Part shown: piece after piece, positions 48,226-56,340 of the stretch
How positions within the stretch are numbered: the first letter of the stretch is position 1
Layout: every line of letters starts with the position of its first letter
Virus record (IMG/VR): IMGVR_UViG_3300045738_001878
Coordinates: 1-60,824 of that record
DNA length: 60,824 nucleotides
Reading direction: 5' to 3' (one strand)
DNA from: a virus
Lineage: Duplodnaviria; Caudoviricetes
The notes under the pieces: generated by a model
Database searches by the model: none
Seen by the model: only the letters and a program-made list of their open reading frames with translations
Told to the model about the DNA's origin: nothing
Program-made: the position numbers and the translations under genes

Positions 48226-49142
48226 TCACCATGTTCTGTGAATAGATTTCTTACTGTACCACTACCAGATCGCATTGTAATTGAATTGGTAACTGGCCCA
48301 CGCTCTGTAAATCGCACGCCTTTCAATAACTTACCATTTGTAATCCCCGTGCCAGCAAACATCACTTCTCCTGCTGCCAAATCTTCTATCGAAAGAATGC
48401 GGTCATTGGCCGGAGCATAACTTTCTTTATCCACTTCCTGGCACTGTAGAAAACCACCCATGCATTTCATCGCACAAGCCGCTATTACAGCTTCAGGTGC
48501 GCCACCAATACTCCAATACATGTCTACGCCCGAATCTGGCACACAAGCAGCGATACAGGCAGTTACGTCACAATCCGATATAAATTTAATGCGACAACCA
48601 ATCTTTCGCAATTCTTTTACAAGATTCGCAGTACGAGGACGATCTAGCACACAGACAGTGACATGTTGAGGGTCTTTTCCAAGAGCGGCAGCCACCATTC
48701 CAACGTTTGCACTAGCTGGATTTCTAAGGTCAATTTGTGATTTTGATGCTACTACAGGACCAACCGCAATCTTATCCATGTAGAAATATTTTGTTTTGTA
48801 GAGTGCATCCTTCCCAGCAAGCGTGATAACACTCATTGCTTCATATCCTCCCTTTACGGTAGGAGTGGTCCCTTCAATTGGATCAATTGCAATGGAGTAA
48901 CTAGGTGAATCAGTATGACAAAACGCCCCCACTTTCTCGCCCTCGTAAAGGCCAAATGATTCATCTTTTATACCTTCCCCAATGGCTATCTCGGCGGAAA
49001 AGTTTATCTGATCTAGACGTTTGCGCATGGCGTCAGTGGCCGATTTGTCTGCTTCTTCTTTATTGCCACGGCCTACCCATTCGGCTGCGGAAATAGCTCC
49101 CGCTTCTGTTACTCTAACTAAATCAAGATGGTGATTTTTCAT
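48222..49142 (-). CDS. glpX: Fructose-1,6-bisphosphatase class II
   Basis: RVTEA.A; GRG.K..AD; IGEG..D; DPIEGT; YMDK; LDRPR; DCDV; GGAPEAVIAA.A. Confidence 0.93.
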   Translation of the reverse strand: MKNHHLDLVRVTEAGAISAAEWVGRGNKEEADKSATDAMRKRLDQINFSAEIAIGEGIKDESFGLYEGEKVGAFCHTDSPSYSIAIDPIEGTTPTVKGGYEAMSVITLAGKDALYKTKYFYMDKIAVGPVVASKSQIDLRNPASANVGMVAAALGKDPQHVTVCVLDRPRTANLVKELRKIGCRIKFISDCDVTACIAACVPDSGVDMYWSIGGAPEAVIAACAMKCMGGFLQCQEVDKESYAPANDRILSIEDLAAGEVMFAGTGITNGKLLKGVRFTERGPVTNSITMRSGSGTVRNLFTEHGD

Positions 49143-49563
49143 TGTCCTCCATATCGTCTTCCAGTTGTTTGGATAGATTACTCATGGCTTCTACATCCAC
49201 ATAGGGGCTATCGGTAGCTGGCTGTTGGTATTTCTGCTCATATTCCTTCTGAATGTCTTCTGCTTCTGTCTTATATCTTTCAATTATCTCAGCATCATGT
49301 GGATTATTAGGATCAAGAGTTTCTTCCTCTGAGATGCTGACTACATTTTGAAGAAAAATATAACTATTCAGCCCTGTTGTAGTCTGCTGAAGCATTATTC
49401 CATGTTCATCAATAGACTCTACAGCACCCATAAAGTAGACATACAGAGGCTTGGGATAAGTTTCAGGGTTTTCTTGCTTAAAGTCTCGATTGATGGGCAA
49501 TGTGAATACGGTACAAACCTTTCCCACAAATCTTTGCAAATCAGATATATACTTTACAGCCAT
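49123..49563 (-). CDS. Hypothetical protein, possible Sm/Lsm-like fold
   Basis: LQRFVGKVCTVFT...G.VESIDEHGI.L....YIFL.NVVSI. Confidence 0.5.
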   Translation of the reverse strand: MAVKYISDLQRFVGKVCTVFTLPINRDFKQENPETYPKPLYVYFMGAVESIDEHGIMLQQTTTGLNSYIFLQNVVSISEEETLDPNNPHDAEIIERYKTEAEDIQKEYEQKYQQPATDSPYVDVEAMSNLSKQLEDDMEDNEKSPS

Positions 49564-49592
49564 AATATAAAATAGTATGACCTAGGAATAAA

Positions 49593-49877
49593 ATGCCATT
49601 TAAGAACAAACGACAAATGAGAGCTTGCTTCGCCAAAGATAAAAAAAATTGGGACTGCAAAAAATGGGCACATGACACGCCTGATCTAAAAGACCTGCCA
49701 GAAGAGGCCGGTTTTAAACAATGGCTCGATCACGCAGAGTATGCAGATATCAATTTCGAAAGTTGTGGTTGCCCAGTGTGCGAAAAGAAAAAAAAGAAAA
49801 TCATTCTAATGATAAAAAAATCACCCGTTAGTCATGGCCTGCGAATACACAATCATGGCTTAATGAAAAAACACTGA
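49593..49877 (+). CDS. Small basic phage protein (MPFK.K.Q.R..FA...W...TP...LPE) with CxCxxC
   Basis: 94 aa, AGGA SD. Confidence 0.65.
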   Translation: MPFKNKRQMRACFAKDKKNWDCKKWAHDTPDLKDLPEEAGFKQWLDHAEYADINFESCGCPVCEKKKKKIILMIKKSPVSHGLRIHNHGLMKKH

Positions 49878-49914
49878 GACAAAGAATAAAAACCGCAAGT
49901 TTGCGGTAGTAATT

Positions 49915-50445
49915 ATGAAGACTTTCAAGCAATATTTAGAAGCAAAAGATGATGAGCGGCTTGATAGCCCAATTCATCGGTATCGGTTAGCGAGACAAGA
50001 CATTCCCGATAAACATAAAAGTAAGATTCCGGCGTTCGACTATTGGAACCGGAATAAATACTTGCAGCAGGACGCAGAGACCGACCGCCACTTGGCGAGG
50101 TTGAGCCTAAAGGGTTCTGAAGATACAGCGGCAAGAGCCTGGAAGGACATGGGCCACATGGCGGATCGGAGCAAGGGACTCCGGGGCGGGAGTGCGATGT
50201 TGAAGAAGGCGAAAGAAATGCGGCGGAAGACTCATGATCCCCTCGAATCATCCCCCACTAAGCATCTAAAAATAACGGGTGACAGTCCGAGGAGCAAAGC
50301 GTTGTTGAAAGCGTATAAATATATTTATAGCGATCCCGATCTATCGCAATCAGAGAAAGACAAAGCCTTCGACGACATAGAGAAAAATATCAACAACAAA
50401 TATGGATATCAGAGTGACGATCCGGGGTTTAGGTACGAACGCTAA
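49915..50445 (+). CDS. Basic hypothetical protein with capsid-targeting-like N-terminus (MKTFKQYLEA)
   Basis: 176 aa; N-terminus close to T4 internal-protein leaders. Confidence 0.7.
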   Translation: MKTFKQYLEAKDDERLDSPIHRYRLARQDIPDKHKSKIPAFDYWNRNKYLQQDAETDRHLARLSLKGSEDTAARAWKDMGHMADRSKGLRGGSAMLKKAKEMRRKTHDPLESSPTKHLKITGDSPRSKALLKAYKYIYSDPDLSQSEKDKAFDDIEKNINNKYGYQSDDPGFRYER

Positions 50446-50480
50446 TCAAGATGGTGAATTACAACCCGCATTAAACTTTT

Positions 50481-51542
50481 CTAATCATCTGGCAAAAAAT
50501 TCTTAGCGACAACCCCACTCCGAATCTCCCACTCTAGAACGTCTAGAGGTTTCTCCTGATTTTTTATGTAAGCTGCGATGATTCTAGGCCCCAATTTCTG
50601 CAACATGGCGTTCCAATCCTTATATTCTCCAGGTGGGCGCACATAGCGAACTGGTGAGATGCCGCCTCTCATCATTGCCGCACCAATTTCGGGCAATGAA
50701 TTCTTCCCCGCACGATCATTATCAAGGCACAAGACCGGCTGGAGATTTCTAAGAATCTCAACTTGCTTCTCGGATATTTCTTTACCACCAAAGGCTGCTG
50801 ACCACAAACCGGTCAATTGTAAAGTTAAGGCGTCAAATTCTCCTTCAGCTAAATAAATCTTCACGCCTAATGGTGGCCATGATGGGAAATAAATCACATC
50901 CCCTTTACCAACTCCTAGATTTTTCGGTGGTCCTAAGTATTTGGGAATTTTTTTTGATGTACCCAAGTATCTTCCATTGAAGTAAATCAAATCACCATAT
51001 CGGTCATAGTACGGAATGATAATTCTATTTTTGTAATCAATATCCCCCAATTTGCCACCTGTGCAAACCATTAACCCTTTAGGACTGAGTTTGCGACTAA
51101 ACATGTAGACTTCCGCCCCTACCCGATAGAAATTGCTAGGTTCGAGATCGGTAAGCAGATAGGTATTTGGCGGCAATCGCAACTCAACAGATTCGACAAC
51201 CTCTACTGTTGCATCTGCCGTTCCATCAAACATAGCGGCCAATTGAGCTTCTGCATCGACAAGGAAAGTGTCCTCGCCACCCAGAATTTCTAAAGCTTCC
51301 TCATACACACAACCATCTTGAAACATAACCAGCGAGATGAGACTGCCACGCTCTTCTGTTTTCCAGCAATGGAATACACCGTTAGGACGATCTTTCTTTC
51401 CGCCAGCTACATTGCACCAAAGATGGTGTTTGTAATCCTCACAAAAGGGAGAATTAAGTTTAATTTCATCGCCCTTAACGACTACATCACCATGCCATCG
51501 GGATTCTGCCCAACTTAAGAATTTATCATAATCTATAGCCAC
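50481..51542 (-). CDS. DnaG-type (T4 gp61-like) DNA primase
   Basis: SPFC..H...FHCWK Zn-binding region; RIIIP..F.GR..KY; TOPRIM EGEFDA and DNDRAG; KDWN; GGAGGA SD with GTG start. Confidence 0.9.
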   Translation of the reverse strand: MAIDYDKFLSWAESRWHGDVVVKGDEIKLNSPFCEDYKHHLWCNVAGGKKDRPNGVFHCWKTEERGSLISLVMFQDGCVYEEALEILGGEDTFLVDAEAQLAAMFDGTADATVEVVESVELRLPPNTYLLTDLEPSNFYRVGAEVYMFSRKLSPKGLMVCTGGKLGDIDYKNRIIIPYYDRYGDLIYFNGRYLGTSKKIPKYLGPPKNLGVGKGDVIYFPSWPPLGVKIYLAEGEFDALTLQLTGLWSAAFGGKEISEKQVEILRNLQPVLCLDNDRAGKNSLPEIGAAMMRGGISPVRYVRPPGEYKDWNAMLQKLGPRIIAAYIKNQEKPLDVLEWEIRSGVVAKNFLPDD

Positions 51543-51607
51543 GTTATCCTCCGTTGATATCGTTTGAGAATTACACTACAATATCTACATCAATTGGTCA
51601 ATATTGA

Positions 51608-52408
51608 ATGGAATCCAACATGGATATTAGACATATTAGTGTTTCTAGAAAGAGTGTCTGGAACACATGCCAACAACAGTACAAGTACAAATATCATTTG
51701 AAAATTGACACTGGAGTAATTGAGCCTTTCTATTTCACGTATGGCTCCATTGTCCACAAAATCGCCGAATTGTACGTAAAGGGTAAGGGAAAAACTCTTC
51801 TCGGCAAAGTTGCTCAAGATATTTTAGACGGCAAGATCGCTTTCGACACGGACAAAAATGGGAATGAATTATTTGCACCACCACTACCAAAGGAGTTCAA
51901 AAGGAGATTTCCAAAACATCTCGAATCTATACAGTACCTAACTGACCAAATTGGCTTTGACGGTGAAGTCGAGTACGATTTCAATTTTGACTTAGACCCT
52001 CCCAATAACAAAATGATTCGAGGATTCATGGATAGGGTTATCAAAAAAACCGGGCCGAATGGTGATGAATACTTTATTATCGACTACAAAACGACTAAAA
52101 AAGGCCGCTACCGCAAGACGCTGGGAACTATTGTAAGCGATTTACAACTTCGGGCCTACTCTAGAGTGATACAAATCGAAAAAAACGTCCCGGCAAAAAA
52201 CATAAAAGCAGCTTTGTATTATTTGGAAGACAAGAAATTGATTGGTTGTAAATTTTCCGAAGAATCTCTAGCCTCTGCGCAAGAAGAGCTTATCTATGCC
52301 CACAATCAAATCGAAAACACACCGGAAGATAAAGCCTGGGGCAATGTAGGTGATTGGTGCAAGCGTTGCGACTATCGCACAATTTGCCCATTCTACCGGC
52401 TTACCTAA
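51608..52408 (+). CDS. PD-(D/E)XK nuclease, RecB/Cas4-like with 4-Cys cluster
   Basis: S.S....C...Y; G...H; E; G.MDR; IIDYKT; QL..Y; CKRCDY...C. Confidence 0.9.
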   Translation: MESNMDIRHISVSRKSVWNTCQQQYKYKYHLKIDTGVIEPFYFTYGSIVHKIAELYVKGKGKTLLGKVAQDILDGKIAFDTDKNGNELFAPPLPKEFKRRFPKHLESIQYLTDQIGFDGEVEYDFNFDLDPPNNKMIRGFMDRVIKKTGPNGDEYFIIDYKTTKKGRYRKTLGTIVSDLQLRAYSRVIQIEKNVPAKNIKAALYYLEDKKLIGCKFSEESLASAQEELIYAHNQIENTPEDKAWGNVGDWCKRCDYRTICPFYRLT

Positions 52409-53357
52409 TCGATAGTGGTATCTTATTGTATCCTGGAATCGGGATATAGTCTTCAGAAAATTCTCTAGGAAATCTACTCCAATCTCGGATTGGAATTCTT
52501 CTGGCTAATCCGAATGGGTCTATTGTCAACAACCAGTTATATCCATTGTTTTTATAAACCTTGTGAATAGAACTTAGAGGGGTAAAATAACCTATTCCGC
52601 TTCCATCAAAATCAGATGTACCCCAGCAAGTGCCAATATAGTAACCTTCGTCATCTATCAACCCTCCTCCTGATCTCCCCGGTCTTGGGCTATTATATTT
52701 GGTTATCAGATCACTCCCTCGTATGCCTTCTATTTGCACATCATAGTGGGCCACCTCATCACCATCGTCGCAACCCATAGAATGTCTTCTGCTTCCGACA
52801 GGTATTTCATGGTTTAATGGAGCGAATGGAAAATATTTTGGAATCCAATCTGGTTTAAATTTAAGTAGACTAATATCATACCCCCTTTTGTTGCTCCAAA
52901 ACAAAACCTGGGCATTGTATTTTTTTGGACTATTTAACTTCTCTCCATTGTGATACCATACTATAACTTTGCAATTAACGGTACGCCGCTTAGTTTCCTC
53001 GGCAGAACGTGTGCCGTTCCATAAATGTCCACAAGATGTTACATAAGCTTCGCCTGTGTTTTCGTCATAGTAAACGATAGTGCCGGAACCACTGGCTCCA
53101 CTGACGCTAATTTTTACAGAGGCCGCTAAAAAGTGTCTAAATTCTATCCCTCTTTGCTCTTGTGGTGCTCTAGTTTTTGTAAAAACTGTAAGAGGATTGG
53201 TGTCCTGCACCAAGGGCATTGGAACAACATTGTCAGATTGCGTGCCCCACATAATAATTGAATCACCAACAGATTGGGAATTTATTAAGTGAAGTCCACA
53301 AAATGTCGCTATGGAAACTGCGGTCATGACGAAGAAGGTTTTTACTATTTCCCCCAT
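52401..53357 (-). CDS. Trypsin-like serine protease with N-terminal membrane anchor/signal
   Basis: GSGTIV; TSCGH (His); DISLL (Asp); PGRSGGGL (Ser). Confidence 0.88.
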   Translation of the reverse strand: MGEIVKTFFVMTAVSIATFCGLHLINSQSVGDSIIMWGTQSDNVVPMPLVQDTNPLTVFTKTRAPQEQRGIEFRHFLAASVKISVSGASGSGTIVYYDENTGEAYVTSCGHLWNGTRSAEETKRRTVNCKVIVWYHNGEKLNSPKKYNAQVLFWSNKRGYDISLLKFKPDWIPKYFPFAPLNHEIPVGSRRHSMGCDDGDEVAHYDVQIEGIRGSDLITKYNSPRPGRSGGGLIDDEGYYIGTCWGTSDFDGSGIGYFTPLSSIHKVYKNNGYNWLLTIDPFGLARRIPIRDWSRFPREFSEDYIPIPGYNKIPLSIR

Positions 53358-53405
53358 TACACTCCTTTGAATTAAAATCTATCCATTTTATATAGGGGAT
53401 ATATC

Positions 53406-53894
53406 GTGCTAACTTTAGCGATAGCTCATAATCTATTTCTTACTCAAGAGGAGAGAAAAACTCTTGCAAGCGGCAAAACCATAGAGTCAATTGGCGTGAG
53501 TGTGCCAGTGTGGTTCTACAAGGGTGATACGTCAGAGCCAGCAGTTGAAGTTTTTAGTAAGTATTTACTTACAAATGCAAAACAAGATTATCCCATTTCA
53601 ACAACTGGCTCTGGTTACAAAATCAATATGCCTCAACTACCAGAGGATTATAAAGAGCCACCAAAACTATCGAATGAAAAATGGAGAAAAATGAATAAAG
53701 AGGATATGAGAAAATGGTATGAAGATACCGCAAAACCACCAACGGGAGAAAACTTATTAGACATTAAAGATGGAGGTGCAGAATTCCTAAAGTTCAAACG
53801 ACACAACAAGGTTAAGAAACAAGGAAAAATGATTGACATCATTCATTTCATAGAAATAAAAACTGTAAAAGAGTTGGAGCTAACATTGGCTTAG
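53406..53894 (+). CDS. Hypothetical protein
   Basis: 162 aa, GGGG SD, TATATA at 53389. Confidence 0.7.
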   Translation: MLTLAIAHNLFLTQEERKTLASGKTIESIGVSVPVWFYKGDTSEPAVEVFSKYLLTNAKQDYPISTTGSGYKINMPQLPEDYKEPPKLSNEKWRKMNKEDMRKWYEDTAKPPTGENLLDIKDGGAEFLKFKRHNKVKKQGKMIDIIHFIEIKTVKELELTLA

Positions 53895-54409
53895 GGGCAA
53901 TCTCGCAAGGAAAGGCCCATTCGCATATTTACAGATTCTCCATCATCTACAGTAAGGGAAGAAGAAAGAGCCACAGTTGCTAATAAGGAACCACTGTCGT
54001 CTGACTTATTTGTAAGGAATAATTGTGAAACTGGCCCCCAAGAACCACCTGCGGCGGTAAACTGAAGAATTGGGCCATTAGCTTGGTTAATGCCATCAAC
54101 CAGTGTTACTGTGAATTGAGCAGTGGAGCTTGCAGAAGATCGAAAATATCCATTAGTGGCTGGCTCGTTCGATACATCGCTCATTGTGTCAGCAGCAGTT
54201 GGCAGCGTTCTGTTATCCAGACCAAAATAAAACAAATCCGGTATGATTGTGTTTGGGTTGTTCCCGCCTGCAAAAACTGCATTTAAGACAAATGCTTCTC
54301 CCTCAGTGTGGAATACATTCTTGAGATCAAAGTCTTCCCACAGCACCTCCCCTCCTTTAGAAAGGTGTTGTATATGCAAAATTTTGACTAGTCCGTTCCA
54401 ATTGCTCAT
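53891..54409 (-). CDS. Small phage tail-fibre/baseplate-type structural protein
   Basis: N.....GE...L...F..YFGL..E...GY.R...F.A.G.SWG.V...FL...G.L...L...TV.DG.S. Confidence 0.6.
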   Translation of the reverse strand: MSNWNGLVKILHIQHLSKGGEVLWEDFDLKNVFHTEGEAFVLNAVFAGGNNPNTIIPDLFYFGLDNRTLPTAADTMSDVSNEPATNGYFRSSASSTAQFTVTLVDGINQANGPILQFTAAGGSWGPVSQLFLTNKSDDSGSLLATVALSSSLTVDDGESVNMRMGLSLRDCP

Positions 54410-54427
54410 GATATTAATATATAGAGT

Positions 54428-54631
54428 GTGGATGCTTTATCTTTTAGAAAATGGCTGGAACAAACGCTTGGAGAAAGTTTTGGGGGGATACACCCACCAA
54501 AACAGAGTGCTATTGATCCAGACCCATCGCCAGGACAGACGAATGCCTTTATGGACTATACTCCTTCAGAGGAGCCGCCTACCCGTACCAAGCGCATGAA
54601 GAAAAAGATGAAGAAAAAGATGAAGAAATAA
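54428..54631 (+). CDS. Small protein with SFRKWLE N-terminus and (MKKK)n basic tail
   Basis: 67 aa, GTG start, TATATA at 54418. Confidence 0.6.
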   Translation: MDALSFRKWLEQTLGESFGGIHPPKQSAIDPDPSPGQTNAFMDYTPSEEPPTRTKRMKKKMKKKMKK

Positions 54632-54635
54632 TCAT

Positions 54636-55253
54636 CTAGTAAAGATGGCTAAAAATCAATTCTCCCGGAATGTTATCACATTCTAATAAATGACGTTTCC
54701 ACATCGGCCAATACTTCCAGGTGCGTTGACAGTTATCCATAATGTGATGCATTTGCATTGTATATATGAGCGACCGGTTGCGGTATTTATCAAAACTGCC
54801 GTGGGATGAGAAGGACGTTTGGGCCAACTCCGGTTCATAAACTTTAACAAAGGTGTTCCACAGCCAAAACTCACGGGCCGTTATGTGCTTGCTTGAGCAG
54901 AGAAAGTTATCGTAATAGCTTTCGTAATCTGTCTTGCTCATGGGAAATCGCCAATTGTTTCTACCAGTGGGGATAGGTTGTTCTTGATATTTAAACAACC
55001 GATAATGTGGAACTACTACCTTATTGCTATAGAAAGGATTGTTTACTATAAATTCTTCCATCGGCGGCAAAGCACTATTTTTATCACATTGGGATAACTG
55101 CCAATGTTTCGCAACATAGTTGCCGTTTGAGCCATTTAATGTAATAACCAACTTGCTTTTGTTCATTCTGGAAATTAGAAAAAAAGAACAAGGCAATTCA
55201 AGTAATTTCTCTCCTAATTTTGATCGAACAAGATATTCAATTCCTAAATTCAT
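54636..55253 (-). CDS. Hypothetical aromatic-rich protein
   Basis: 205 aa, ATGA-coupled to the acidic gene. Confidence 0.7.
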   Translation of the reverse strand: MNLGIEYLVRSKLGEKLLELPCSFFLISRMNKSKLVITLNGSNGNYVAKHWQLSQCDKNSALPPMEEFIVNNPFYSNKVVVPHYRLFKYQEQPIPTGRNNWRFPMSKTDYESYYDNFLCSSKHITAREFWLWNTFVKVYEPELAQTSFSSHGSFDKYRNRSLIYTMQMHHIMDNCQRTWKYWPMWKRHLLECDNIPGELIFSHLY

Positions 55254-55507
55254 TCTTCATCTTCTTCATCGTTATCGTCTTCGTCGTCTTCTTCTTCGTC
55301 ATCATCTTCGTCATCATCTTCTTCATCATCTTCTTCCCAATCATCTTCTTCTTCCCAACCATCCTGATCTTCAACTTCCTCATCTTCTTCACGATCATTG
55401 TCATCTTCGTTTTCATCTTCTGGCTCGTACCAGCCATCATCATCGTCATCTACCCAAATTTGATAGAGGTATGAGTCCTTATAACTGTAATCGCTTTTAG
55501 CCGCCAT
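55250..55507 (-). CDS. Extremely acidic 85-aa protein
   Basis: Start MAAKSDY with GGAG SD; the last ~65 residues are almost all D/E with spaced Trp. Confidence 0.7.
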   Translation of the reverse strand: MAAKSDYSYKDSYLYQIWVDDDDDGWYEPEDENEDDNDREEDEEVEDQDGWEEEDDWEEDDEEDDDEDDDEEEDDEDDNDEEDEE

Positions 55508-55559
55508 TTGCAATGCTCCAGATTTATGTCTAATTTCAATAGATATAGTAGGAGGCAAC

Positions 55560-55988
55560 ATGAAAAAAATAATTACCATATTTGCTCTATTTATTTCTAG
55601 TTTTGGATTAGTAGGGTGTGCAGGCCCAGAACTATTTATCGCTCCAATAATTAACGGCATAATTATGTGGAAAGAGGGCGAGGCGCACAAATACTATGAA
55701 TATAATTCTGATATAATTTATCGAGCAGCCAAGCACGCTCTAGACGATATGGATTTAGACATTTCTCGCAATGATCCTATAACGGCTAACCGTGAATATT
55801 ATATGATTGCAGGCAAGAATGACAGATTCAAAATAAACATTATCCCCCATGAATTAAACATTTGTAGACTAAGTGTAAGAATAAACTTCATGGGAGACAA
55901 GCCTTATGCTGAATTATTCTACAAAAAAATAGATGAATTGTTATCAAATATAGAGTTTGACCAAGATGGTAGGCCAGTACACCAATAA
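55560..55988 (+). CDS. Lipoprotein, DUF3568-like
   Basis: MKK plus hydrophobic stretch plus LVGC lipobox; GE...Y...A...L.D..L; LSVRI.F.GD; AGGAGG SD. Confidence 0.65.
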   Translation: MKKIITIFALFISSFGLVGCAGPELFIAPIINGIIMWKEGEAHKYYEYNSDIIYRAAKHALDDMDLDISRNDPITANREYYMIAGKNDRFKINIIPHELNICRLSVRINFMGDKPYAELFYKKIDELLSNIEFDQDGRPVHQ

Positions 55989-56018
55989 CTATAGAAAATA
56001 TAATCCCAAATATCATGT

Positions 56019-56052
56019 AAAAAAAGCCCGCCTTTCGGCGGGCTTTCTTTTT
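56019..56052. terminator. Bidirectional rho-independent terminator
   Basis: AAAAAAAGCCCGCC-TTTC-GGCGGGCTTTCTTTTT between convergent genes. Confidence 0.9.
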
Positions 56053-56340
56053 CTATCTAGTTACATGACAAGCCAAATAAACGGGTTCTCCCCAATCAAA
56101 GGCCCAGCTTAATGCGGTTTTTGTGATTTCTTCATCATCATCAAACTGCATAGAAAACTCTTCATTACTTGGTATGATTCTCCATTGCCCATCCCCCTCA
56201 ACAGCTATTCTTTCAACTTGGGTTAGGGGTGGGAGATACCCATAAAAATCGGCAGTTATTGATCTAGCTTGTCGTCTATGTGTAGCAATTACATAATCAA
56301 CACCATTAGTCCATACATCTAAAAGCCAAATATTACTCAT
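56053..56340 (-). CDS. Hypothetical protein
   Basis: 95 aa, ATGA-coupled to the protease. Confidence 0.65.
   Translation of the reverse strand: MSNIWLLDVWTNGVDYVIATHRRQARSITADFYGYLPPLTQVERIAVEGDGQWRIIPSNEEFSMQFDDDEEITKTALSWAFDWGEPVYLACHVTR

Noticed and set aside
51608-52408. cas4 of a CRISPR-Cas system
   Set aside because: No cas1/cas2 or array in the window; stand-alone Cas4/RecB-like nucleases are common beside phage replication genes
55120-55500. His/Leu-, Phe/Ile- and Met/Lys-rich ORFs
   Set aside because: Alternative frames of the GAA/GAT-rich acidic gene, which has the SD and the coupling
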